A stretch of 63,832 nt of DNA, counting the filler, from Octopus bimaculoides (lineage: Eukaryota), in assembly GCF_001194135.2 (NCBI RefSeq). It is 6 parts of 6 records of this genome, joined end to end, with 100 filler letters (N's around TTAATTAATTAA, not from the genome) between each part and the next. Parts side by side here need not be neighbours in the genome. Positions count along the whole stretch, not along the records: positions 1 to 19,593 come from NC_068989.1; 5 more parts are not named here. One strand, 5' to 3'. A model generated the notes under the pieces. It saw only the letters and a list, made by a program, of their open reading frames with translations, was not told the DNA's origin and did no database searches. Positions 1-11,349 of this stretch are shown here, in pieces; within the stretch, counting starts at the first letter, position 1; each line of letters starts with the position of its first letter. The translations under genes were made by a program, and so were the position numbers.

Positions 1-232
1 GGCACATAAAAGACACCATTTCGAGCGTGGCCGTTTTCGTGCGGGTGACACGTAAAAGCACCCACTACACTCTCTGAGTGGTTGGCGTTAGGAAGGGCAT
101 CCAGCTGTAGAAACTCTGCCAAATCAGACTGGAGCCTGGTGTTGCCATCCGGTTTCACCAGTCCTCAGTCAAATCGTCCAACCCATGCTAGCATGGAAAG
201 CGGACGTTAAACGATGATGATGACGATGATGA

Positions 233-236
<4 letters not shown>
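1..236 (+). mobile_element. Family A retroposon (RTE-tail type SINE or truncated LINE 3' end) ending in (GAT)n
   Basis: Contains GGAAGGGCATCCAGCTGTAGAAA...CCCATGCTAGCATGGAAAGCGGACGTTAAACGATGATG. Related copies lie at 4853-5260(-), 28930-29150(+), 58800-59055(+), 60690-60880(-) and 62980-63145(-). Confidence 0.8.
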
Positions 237-266
<30 letters not shown>

Positions 267-269
<3 letters not shown>

Positions 270-1050
270 CATCATCCTCATCATCACTTAACATCTTTTT
301 TCCATGTTGGCATGATTTGGACAGTTTGATTGGTGCCAATAAGGCCCAGGGGCTGCAACAGGCTCTATCATCTGTTCTGGCATGGTTTGTATGGCTCGAT
401 GCCCTTCCTAATACCAACCACTCCATAGAGTGTACTGAGTGCTTTTAACATGGCACCAGCACCAGTATCAATTCTGTTGTAGCAGACAAGTCTTCTTGAG
501 TACAACAGCATGACAGATCTCTCAGTCCTTAGCTCAGTGTCTTGAGATTGGCCTTCAATACTTCATCCCGTGTCCTCTTGGGTCTCCCTCTTCCACAAGT
601 TCCATCTACTTTCAGAGATCAGCACTTCTCTATGCAACTGTCTACATCCGTACACATCACATGACCAGACCAGTTCAGTCTTCTCTCTTGTAAACTGCAT
701 CTAATTCTTCTTAAGCCCAACTTTTCCCTCAAAACACTAACACTTTGTTGTACATGTACACTGACATGGCACATCATCCAGTGCAGCATACTAGCTTCAT
801 TCCTCTCTAGCCTTTGCATATCTTCTGCATTCAAGACCCACATCTCACTACCATGTAGCATTGTTATTTGTATACATGCATCATACAATCTTCCTTTCAC
901 ATGGAAAGAGAGAGAAACCTTTGGCTGCCAAAAAAGGTAAAAGCTCTCTGAATTTTCTCTGTCCTTTTCTTATTCAAGCAATTACACTTTCTGTACATCC
1001 TCCCTCACAGCTAATTAGGTCACCAAGGTAGCATAAATTGTCCACTATCT
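267..1050 (-). mobile_element. 5'-truncated RTE-clade LINE (RT C-terminal region plus 3'UTR with (GAT)n tail)
   Basis: Minus translation EIVDNLCYLGDLISCEGG...RKFRELLPFL...KGRLYDACIQITMLHGSEMW...RLERNEASMLHWM...LQERRLNWSGHVM is typical RTE/BovB C-terminal sequence. The 3'UTR (267-530) matches family A. Confidence 0.85.
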
Positions 1051-4000
1051 CTAAAGAGCTTCATATATTATTTATACATGATGGGATTCCATATAGTTTC
1101 CACCTATCAAATTTAACTCACAAAGCATTGATTAACTTGAGACTATAGTAGAAGACACTTGACAAATAGTGACACTGAATCTGAAACTATGCGGTTGCAA
1201 AGCAATTTTCTTAACTGCACGGATACAATACTAATTTATTATAAGTTTTATATAAGTTTCATTAGAAGACTACTTGAGATTAGCATTGCATACTATTCTA
1301 AGTCAATAAGAGAGCCCATTTCTGGTCATTTGCTCTGCTTGAAATAACCACCAAATTTTCCTCAAATAACATTCTATCACCTTGAAAAAAAGTAGTTTTA
1401 ATGCAAAATATAAAATATTGCAGAGGTTTGTCATTAGAATTTCTTAATAATTGACTTATAGTGTAACTGACAGAGTATTCCACAGACACATTGTTTACGT
1501 AATCCTCAGGTAGAGTCAGCAAGACATACTGTGCCAAGATTGGCCATTTCAATTACAGATACAGTCCATCTAGTGAGATCCCATGCTCTTACTACCTGCA
1601 CAACTTAATTCATAAGGTTTAGATTGCCCTGAGGCTATGGTAAAAGCATTTGTCTAAAATGTTATGCAATGAGATGGAACCCAGGAATTTTGTGATTTTG
1701 AAGTAGCTTCTAAACCACTCAGCCATGTTAAAACCAATATGAAGTAATATAGGACTGAAAACATTATCTCTAAATAAAAGATTGCATGGTCACAGCTGGG
1801 ACACCTTTCAGTAGTCGATCTGCTTAGTCACACTGTCCTAGAGATAAACAACAGCAACCAAACACACAATTATAGTCCTCCAGTTGCCTGCAGTGGCAAT
1901 TTGTTTCTCCATGTCTGAGTGTGATAAAATATATCCATTTTTCGAATATGAGAATAACTCATTACATATTGATTTTTCAGCAAGTATATTGAGACTCTAT
2001 TGACTTGCCCACAGCTGTGATTCACTGCATAACAACTTGAAAACACAAGATGTTACAAAACAGCAGCTTTCCAACTTCCCTATGCCTGTTGGAAGATTCA
2101 AAAGTAAAAAATGAACTAATGGAATGAATTTGGATAATTAAGTTAAAGAGGATATGTTGAAAGCCAAATGCAAAAATTCTTAATTAATTAAAATTTTCTT
2201 CTTAGAGAAAGAAATAATTTCAAGAAAGTAACAATTAGTTTACAAAGTAATTTGCATGTTTAGGGAAAGAATCATCTTATCTTTGCAGGCAAGAGATTAC
2301 TATTTTGGTCTATATGACCTTCTCAGCATAGTATAGTTGAACCGAGTCTGCTGGCTGGTGAAGATGTGAGTTCATGGTGTATTTGCTGAGAATTGTATAG
2401 ATTACGTTTAGTTTCTTAACAAACTAAATTCATGATCAAGATCCCATTCTAATTGAAACTATTTTATTTACAACTCCAATACTGAAACAAATAAAAGATA
2501 AAAGATAATACTCATGAGAGAGTCGTGAAAATCTCTAATTACCATTTTTACTTCTCTGTTAATCTGTGTCTGCAAGAATTAAACAAGAATGTTGATGTAA
2601 AACTGAGAATAAACCAATTCATTTTCTAGGTCAAAAGTTACTTTATTGACGAAGACATATTGATATCATAAAAGAATGTAAACTATTTTAGAATAATAGC
2701 TATAGTGAAAAAATGTAGATTATTTTGTTGCACCTATCTTTTGTAGTTATTCTTGTTACATACCTGTCATTTACTATCAAACTAAACACACCTTAGAAAA
2801 CTATTTGAGTGTATTTGTTAGTATAAATTTTTTGTGAGTTAATGATGAAGAAAATAGGCAAAAGTTTAAGAGAAAGACCTTTTGGTGTTGTGAACTTGGA
2901 ATGTGAGCATCTACAAGTGACTATATTGTAATATATGAGAGAGAAGAGAGTTCTCCAGGACAGCAGTCTTTGCAATGTAAGTTTAGAAGGAAAAATCACT
3001 GCACAGGTAATAAAGAGAATACAACTATACAGTTAGGAAATTCTGATGAGTAAAGATTATCATAAAAGTTGTTGAAGACAATACAAGATAGTAATATTCT
3101 AGAGGTAAAAGATTTTCAGTAAATTTCAGTAAAATGAGGTTTATTGATCTGAACTATGTCCTAGCTGCTGCTTCTTAGATTTTCTTTTATATATCTAAAA
3201 CATCAACTCAATATTTTGTATGTATTTGTATTATATAACCAAGCCAATGTAGTTGATTATTTTGTATTTCTTCAGGCTAAGTTTGTTTTGTTTTTATGAA
3301 ATAATCAAACTGAACAAATTTAATCTGAAGAGATGAATTGCTTCTTTAAAGAGAAAGCTATATCTTCTTGATAAGATTTCATAATGCTAAACTTTAAAAT
3401 CACAAATGCTCCAGAAGAACTCACAAGAGATATTGAATAAAAGTGCACTAAAATGGAACCTTTAAACTTGGTGTTGTTTTTGAAAGATGTTTTGGCCAAT
3501 TATTCTTGATGTGTACATTGCAGTCAAATTAGATATAACAAATTATTGTTACTATATTGTTCAGCTAAATTCAGTTTAAACAAACTTATGATACAGATAC
3601 TTAAGTGGGGGATAATATACTAAATGTAGCAAGCTAAAAACAAAAGCTGTTTGGTCTTTTAGAATTACACATGTAATGAAGATGGAAAAAATGCATTAAC
3701 ATTAATCATAATTTTTTTAAGAAAAGCAAGACAGATAAATCTGATATACTGACTTTGGCGCTAGAGTTTAACATTCAATCTGTATGCTCGTGAATTACTT
3801 ATTCCCTATAACTCTGAGCCAAACTACTAAATTAGAATTCTTTTTTGAATAGTAAAACTTTTTGAGTGTGCAAAGTAGCTTAATTGTAAAGATTATACAT
3901 TACTCACCTTAAAATCATGATTTCAACCTCTGTTACTCATGATGCTTTCTATTGACATTATTTTAATTGTATTCTCATTATGTAGTCAATCAGACTTGTA

Positions 4001-4440
4001 AAACTATTACTGTTTATTTCTCATGGTTGAAAAGATTCCTTGAAAGATTGTTGATCTGTAAAAAATACATAAGCTTCACTCTGATTCTCATTAACTTTTT
4101 GTCTACTTGCCACCTAATCTAAATTCCTTTTCTTCTTATATACTATTTATCTCATGTTATCTTTGTTCCTCATTCTCATTGCATACCTGTCATCTTGCCT
4201 CATCTTTGCCTTCTCTTTAACATACCTGTATCTACCACTATAAAGTTTGAAATCCGAGAACATATTTAATCCATCAAGTTTGAAAGGTATTATTGACCTA
4301 ACATATATTATAGTCCTAATACATATTATAGTTCTAACATTTAAATTTATCTCTACTTCCCACGAGCTATTTATCGAGCCTCTAATGGTTACTTTTCTGC
4401 CAGAAATAACAGCTGAATCTCCTTCAAAATAATGCTTTAC

Positions 4441-4493
4441 CATCTTAAAATACATAGGACATATTGGATAATGTCGTCCTAGATACAATAGGC
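4441..4493 (-). CDS. Candidate small exon (G)LLYLGRHYPICPMYFKM, LYR-motif/ETFRF1-like
   Basis: Acceptor ttttttcttcAG (plus CT 4494-4495) and donor GTAAAG (plus AC 4439-4440). Only one frame is open. The motif resembles LLYLGRDYPxxxxYFK of LYRM5/ETFRF1 as I recall it, but similarity does not continue downstream. Confidence 0.3.
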
Positions 4494-4847
4494 CTGAAGA
4501 AAAAACAGTTCCCGGACATTTGACATTTGGTTGCGCAGATATATGACCAAGTGGACATTTGGCCGACAGACATTTCATCATTGGACATTTGACCAACGGA
4601 CATTTGGCTGAGTGGACATTTGGATAAACAAACATTTAGCCAAATGGAATTTTCAATTGTTTATTTTTATTTCTAATTTGAAAAAAGGGATAAATAGGAT
4701 AAAAGGATAAAATTATTGCATATAAGTTTTTGGTAAATTTACCGAAGAATAAAAAATATTAATTTTAATTTATTGTTTTACTAAAATAAGGTATAAACAA
4801 CAATGGATAAAAAGGATAAAAAATATCTTTGCATAATACAAACATAT

Positions 4848-4852
<5 letters not shown>

Positions 4853-4879
<27 letters not shown>

Positions 4880-5260
4880 AGTCGTTTAACGTCCGTTTTC
4901 CATGCTAGCATGGGTTGGACAATTTGAGTGAGGACTAGCAAACCAGATGGCTGCACCAGGCTCCAATCTGATCTGGCAGAGTTTCTACAGCTGGATGCCC
5001 TTCCTAACACCAACCACTCCGAGAGTGTAGTGGGTGCTTTTACGTGGCACCGGCAATTTGGTTCAATTATGATTTCAATTTCACTTGCCCCAACAGGTCT
5101 TCGCAAGCTGAGTTTAGTGTCCAGTGACGGACAGATTGGCATGGGTGCCAGTCGTTGGATTTGGTTCAATTTCGATTTCACTTGCCTCAACAGGTCTTCG
5201 CAAGTAGAGTTTAATGTCCAATGAAGGAAAGGTACACATAAATGGGATGGCTACACTCCT
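4853..5260 (-). mobile_element. Family A retroposon nested in the MULE
   Basis: (CAT)n tail at 4853-4878 followed by the reverse complement of the 1-236 element. Confidence 0.8.
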
Positions 5261-6559
5261 GGCACTTATTAAATGATAGAATATATCATATTGTATTTAT
5301 TTCAATTATAATGTAATTGCTTTGTTAACAAAAAATAAAAGAGATAAAAAGGAAAACAATGATTCAAAGATTGTAGGCAATTAAGAAATCAGTTCTGGTG
5401 TATCCTTCATATTTCTCAATGGCAGACTTCAGTCTTGAGTTTAAGATTTGCTACTTCTTCAATTTCCTCAGTTCCACATCTGCTGCTACCTGCTCAATCC
5501 TCAACTTCCAATCAGACTGCTCACTTTTTAGTTTTGAAACCAGACAGTAATTGGTGAAATGACTGATTGCCAGTCTCTGATTAAACCCTTTGTGCCTCTC
5601 TTCCAGAGGGTTTGTTGTCTGTGGATTATTATACCTTGGATCATTATGTCAAGTCTGTAGTCCTAAGCCGTGTAATTATCTCCACAAGCACTGGGCAAAA
5701 TGGAAGAAGAATCCATAAATGTTTGCATTTGGAAAACATGTTGTAATGCTATTAATAGCAGTCCTTTCATAGTCAATGGTAATTGAAACTGGATGAATAT
5801 CTGGTCTCACTTGCTAGAAGGTGTTAAAAATCAAGTCATAAGTTGCTTGGTTTTTGTTCCTTGTGATGCAGTATACTAAGGGAACTGTATGGTTCTTATC
5901 CAACATAACATCTATTGTATATAACTGAAAGCCTACTGGCACAGAATCACCCAGATGTCATTGGAAGCAAGATGTAAGCTCCGAGGCATTGATAGAATTA
6001 CCAGGTTGTCACTTTCATGGATGACAAAGTCTTCTTCTTTCATTGATTTCCAGAAGTCATCAGTTAAAAATCAGTGCCATGCATTGTCAGCACCCGGTTA
6101 TTGGCAGAGTTTCTTTCTAGAGAAGAGTACCTGCAGCATCGAGTTGGTATTCACTGGAGCAGTTTTGTATAATTGTCGATGTCACTTCTTCTGACTATCT
6201 GCATCTTTCTTTAATTTTCTACACTGTTTTCTCAAGGACAGGTTGCATCCAGCATCAGGTGAATGTGAATGATAACTTGCTTGTCTTTGAATAGCGTAAT
6301 CTTCTGTTTTTATACTCTCCCACCTCACCCACGCCATTTCATTTCTCAACGATGCATGTGTAGCCGTCAAGCAAAAGCTTTCTTCTTCCTCTTGTTGTTG
6401 GTATTAATTCCACAAACTTTAAAAAAACATTCATCTTAGGCATCACTTCTACCACAAAAGAGCAAACCATTATTTACAAAAAGGACTTTCAGGTAATGTC
6501 GGCAATTACACACACATCACAAAATAAAATAAGATGTAAACTATAACTAAAATAATATA

Positions 6560-6927
6560 AACAAGAGCACTCAGAGAGTGCAAACCTCCACCAAGGCAAC
6601 ACCAACGTCCTCTCAACGATTAGCCAGAGATGATTTTTAAAATGAGAATATCTGAAATAAATTTGACTGCTTTCGCAAGCAAGAATGCTGAAAATGAACC
6701 TGACTGCTCTAAAAAATTAAGTAATAAACCAGAAAAATAATCTAGAATCCTTGTCGAGTACCAGATCGATCCCAAAATGTAATTAGTTCATGCCAGTAAT
6801 GAGGCCAAACATCCCTGAAAGTTTCATCTGAATCCATCCAGCGGTTCTTGAGATATCTTGTCCACGGACAAACAAACAAACATGACTGAAAACAATACCT
6901 CCACCTTCGCTAAGACAGTGGTAATAA
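6560..6927. mobile_element. Non-autonomous element, possibly HINE/Helentron-like, nested in the MULE
   Basis: Starts AACAAGAGCACTC...CCTCCACCAAGG and ends ...GACAAACAAACAAAC...CCTCCACC...GGTAATAA. The asymmetric sub-terminal repeat and short tandem repeat are typical of such elements. Classification is inferred. Confidence 0.4.
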
Positions 6928-7299
6928 ATGTAAAACACACTCACTTCGCAACGCTTTACAACTTCTGAATAGCGACTGAACCAGTTTTTTCTATACAAGC
7001 TAGTTAACTTTGGTTTGGCTTCGGCATGGCTAAATAGCTTGAATAAAAGTTGAGTAAAACAATTACATTAAAATTAATATTTTTTTTATCCTTCAGTAAA
7101 TTTGCCAACAGCTTATATGCAATGATTTTATCTTTTTATCCTGTTTTGTCTTCCTTTTTTTTTTTTTTTTTCAAATTAGAAATAAAAATAAACAATTAAA
7201 AATTTCATTTGGCCAAATGTCCGTTTATCCATATGTCAGCTCGGTCAAATGTCTGGCCACAACAAAAAACAGATGGTCATAGCTTGAACAAATTTTGCT

Positions 7300-9243
7300 T
7301 ATGGGGCTGTTCAATCATGACTGACCAGGAGCTACAAATCTTCATTACTGTAATTCCAGGTGCTTATATAATAATCGCCACCTGTATTTGTTAAGTCATC
7401 ACTCCCATAATGCTTCATCTTGAATGTGGCTAAATCTACCTTTACCAACACTGAGGAAAACATTGATCATGTTCACCACATGGTAATGGATGACAGGCAA
7501 CTGACTATAAATAAAATAACCAATGCTATTAGCATATCGCTTGAGAGAGTTGAGAATATTTTGCACAAGGAACTAGGCATGACAAAGGCTTCAGCTCAGT
7601 TGATGCCATGTCTTCTGGCACATGATTGAAAGTACATCAGACTGATCATATCACAGCAAAATCTGATATTGTTTGACGCAGATTCACCTGGTTTCCTAAC
7701 CTAGGATGAATGTTGGGCTTCTCAATTCCAGCCAGAGACAAAGAGACAATCCATGTTGTGGCAACACCCCTCCTCACTTGCTCCAAAGAAGGCCAAGGTC
7801 ATTTCATCTGCAGGGAAGGTGACAACTTTAGTTATTTAGAATGCAAAAGGCATTGTGTTTATTGACTATTTTGAAAAGGGTTACACCATCAGTGGGGAGT
7901 ACTATCTTGAAAAGGGCTACACCATCAGTGGGGAGTACTATCTTGAAAAGGGCTACACCATCAGTGGGGAGTACTATCTTGAAAAGGACTACATCATCAG
8001 TGGGGAGTACTATCTTGAAAAGGACTACATCATCAGTGGGGAGTACTATCTTGAAAAGGGCTACACTATCAGTGGGGAGTACTATCTTGAAAAGGACTAC
8101 ACCATCAGTGGGGAGACAATCCATGTTGTGGCAACACCCCTCCTCACTTGCTCCAAAGAAGGCCAAGGTCATTTCATCTGCAGGGAAGGTGACAACTTTA
8201 GTTATTTAGAATGCAAAAGGCATTGTGTTTATTGACTATTTTGAAAAGGGTTACACCATCAGTGGTGAGTACTATCTTGAAAAGGGCTACACCATCAGTG
8301 GGGAGTACTATNNNNNNNNNNNNNNNNNNNNNNNNNNNNNNNNNNNNNNNNNNNNNNNNNNNNNNNNNNNNNNNNNNNNNNNNNNNNNNNNNNNNNNNNN
8401 NNNNNNNNNNNNNNNNNNNNNNNNNNNNNNNNNNNNNNNNNNNNNNNNNNNNNNNNNNNNNNNNNNNNNNNNNNNNNNNNNNNNNNNNNNNNNNNNNNNN
8501 NNNNNNNNNNNNNNNNNNNNNNNNNNNNNNNNNNNNNNNNNNNNNNNNNNNNNNNNNNNNNNNNNNNNNNNNNNNNNNNNNNNNNNNNNNNNNNNNNNNN
8601 NNNNNNNNNNNNNNNNNNNNNNNNNNNNNNNNNNNNNNNNNNNNNNNNNNNNNNNNNNNNNNNNNNNNNNNNNNNNNNNNNNNNNNNNNNNTGGGGAGTA
8701 CTATCTTGAAAAGGATTACACCATCAGTGGGGAGTACTATCTTGAAAAGGGCTACACCATCAGTGGGGAGTACTATCTTGAAAAGGGCTACACCATCAGT
8801 GGAGAGTACTATCTTGAAAAGGGCTACACCATCAGTGGGGAGTACTATGCCAACTTGCTGAGGCAGATATAAAAGGCTATAAAGACCAAATATTCAGGAA
8901 AACTAATGATGGGAATTTTGTTTCATCAGGAAAATGCTCATGCAAACAAGTCCTTCGGTTTCAATGGCTGCTGTGCATAACCAGGGCTTTGAACTGGTTG
9001 ATCACCATCCATATTCTCCTGATTTAACCCCATCTGTTTCCCAGTATCAGTGATGATGATGATGTCATATCTGCTGATGATGGGGTTTTTTTTTCTTCTC
9101 CTAACAGGATGAAAGCTTCTTCACTAATGGAATCCAAACCCTGCAACACCGATGGAAGAAATATGTGGACTGCAAGGGGGTCCATGTTGAAAAAAAAAAA
9201 AACATTTGCTCACAGCATGTGAACTTTTCTGTTGACCCTTGTA
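7300..9243 (+). mobile_element. Degenerate mariner transposon
   Basis: Translation EENIDHVHHMVMDDRQLT...ELGMTKASAQLMPCLL (WVPR-like), T*DECW...PETKRQSM, GIVFIDYFEKGYTISGEYYANLL, LFHQENA, HPYSPDLTPS and FFTNGIQTLQHRWKKYVDCKGVHVEK. Decayed TIRs sit near TA at both ends. Confidence 0.9.
7870..8848 (+). repeat. 36-bp tandem repeat (CTTGAAAAGGGCTACACCATCAGTGGGGAGTACTAT) inside the mariner transposase
   Basis: At least 12 full units are visible either side of the gap 8312-8691, reading LEKGYTISGEYY in frame. A 370-bp-period duplication is superimposed (7743-7941 vs 8113-8311). Confidence 0.95.
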
Positions 9244-9420
9244 TGAATTCTGTTGTCCAATTTAACACATTCAAAAATATGCACATGAGTTTTTAATAGT
9301 ATTAATCCCTCTTTAGTTAGAATGTAGTCTAGTTAAGCAACACTGCCATAGGGATGATGATGATGATATATCCAGAATCTAGTTGCATAGTTTTGACACC
9401 TTGTATTAATAGCAACAATT

Positions 9421-9646
9421 ATTTCTTTATTGCCCACAAGGGGCTAAACATAGAGGGGACAAACAAGGACAGACAAAGGGATTAAGTCGATTATATCGAT
9501 CCCCAGTGCGTAACTGGTATTTATTTAATTGACCCCGAAAGGATGAAAGGCAAAATCAACCTTGGCGGCATTTGAACTCAGAACATAACGGCAGACGAAA
9601 TACCACTAAAGCATTTTACTTGGGGTACTAACAATTCTGCCAGCGA
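9421..9646 (-). mobile_element. Family B tRNA-derived SINE
   Basis: Minus strand reads a tRNA-like head (TGGCAGAA...GAGTTCAAAT), then GCCTTTCATCCTTTCGGGGTC, then a tail ending GTGGGCAATAAAGAAAT. Many full or partial copies occur in the window, e.g. 11760, 19088, 21530, 29860, 30975, 34340, 44550 and 58410. Confidence 0.85.
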
Positions 9647-10438
9647 GCAACAATGTTGTGTTTCTATGGTTAGATGTTGATTATCCTTTACAAACAGGGG
9701 AACTGAAGGATTAACAAGGTGTTCATAAGTTTGAAGGACAAAATTGAAGCTCTCATTTGGGCCAGGAGCATGCAATCAGATATATCTCTTTAGTGTAGCT
9801 CATTTATTCCATCTTTGGTTTGAAATGCTAAAATTCACTCTCCTTAGACTTATCTAATTAAACATACACTGTTATAAACTAGTGTTCAATACTTCTGTGA
9901 ATACTTAAGATCCTAATAAACTAATATGAGCTCCAAAAATAGAGCCTGTGGTGGGGGGGAAAAAGAGGAAATGGTGGTAAGATCACAACAGCTGGAATGC
10001 ATTTAATCGAAAGATCTGTTTGGTCAGGCTAACCTTCAGGTTAAATAACATCAGCATACATATAATATGTCAACCCCAATAAAAAGAGGTACCATTGAAG
10101 TAGATTTGAAACCCTAATCCTCTTTGCTATTTGGACCAGTTGTCACAAGACTGAGAAACTGGACTATCTAATCATGGCATTGAATACAATTGTTTCATTT
10201 GAGGAAATATTTCATCGGTTTATTAACAGTTTTAGTAAACTATGTTTAAAATTTTTATGGGAGTGAAAAAAGAGGGTCTGCTTTTCATAAACGTATACAC
10301 ACGTACATGCATCATGTATGTATGTATGTATATATGTATGTATGCATGCATGTATGTATGTGTGTGAGCGTGTGTATGCGTGAGTACTTAGGCTTATGTA
10401 TGGATATGCCGCTACATACGAGTCTACATAGACCTATA

Positions 10439-10691
10439 GGTAATCTTCAAGTTTAGGGGGATAAAAAAATAAATAAAAATATTCAAGGGAAATAACTGAA
10501 CGACTTACCAGTATTATCCGTTTTCTTCTAGCTGTTTATAAATAAATCACACCCTAACCCTAACGTCAATCAAATCACGTGTGTGATTTATTTATAAACA
10601 GAGATGTACGGAGAATGCTGGTAAGACGTTCAGTTACTTCCCTTGAATATTTTTATTTATTTTTTTTATCTCTCTAAACTTGAAGATTACC
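10439..10691. repeat. Foldback/MITE-like inverted repeat with about 110-bp arms
   Basis: Left arm 10439-10552 is the near reverse complement of 10581-10691. The 28-nt loop begins within ACCCTAACCCTAAC. Confidence 0.9.
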
Positions 10692-10693
10692 GA

Positions 10694-10729
<36 letters not shown>

Positions 10730-11264
10730 AAAGAGTACAAGTANNNNNNNNNNNNNNNNNNNNNNNNNNNNNNNNNNNNNNNNNNNNNNNNNNNNNNNNN
10801 NNNNNNNNNNNNNNNNNNNNNNNNNNNNNNNNNNNNNNNNNNNNNNNNNNNNNNNNNNNNNNNNNNNNNNNNNNNNNNNNNNNNNNNNNNNNNNNNNNNN
10901 NNNNNNNNNNNNNNNNNNNNNNNNNNNNNNNNNNNNNNNNATATATATAACTAAATCTGTAATAATATAAATTCATACATATAAATATGTATGTGCGTGT
11001 GTGTACATATACACGTACAATATGATTTTTTTACAGGTGCGAGTGAACACACTCACAGACACACACAAATAAGTTGATAGACGCATACATCGACCCTGCT
11101 CCATAACTGGAGCCAGTCACCGATACACACGCATTCACTCAGGTAGGTAGACAGATTTAGCACCTAACAATCTCTCAATGGTCCGACTTGAAAGGAGACA
11201 GTAGCAGCAGCCAGACAACTGCTGTGTCACTCATACACACACATAGATATATAGACACAGTCAA

Positions 11265-11349
<85 letters not shown>

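Larger units (their letters stand above)
4508..7263 (-). mobile_element. Mutator-like (MULE) DNA transposon with long TIRs, degenerate transposase and nested insertions
   Basis: About 250-bp diverged TIRs (4508-4790 vs 7050-7263) carry repeated GGACATTTG. TSD AAAAAACA at 4500-4507 and 7264-7271. Minus translation of 5400-5940 gives FQLYTIDVML...VPLVYCIT...ITIDYERTAINS...FPNANIYGFFFHFAQCLWR...TTNPLEERHKGFN, with stops and deletions. Confidence 0.85.

Noticed and set aside
1285-1380. Possible minus-strand terminal exon VIECYLRKIWWLFQAEQMTRNGLSY*
   Set aside because: The acceptor is good but no homology was recognised. Such sites are common by chance in AT-rich DNA.
7870-8848. 36-bp repeats as a CRISPR array
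   Set aside because: The units are directly adjacent with no unique spacers, lie inside a mariner ORF, and there are no cas genes. The context is eukaryotic.
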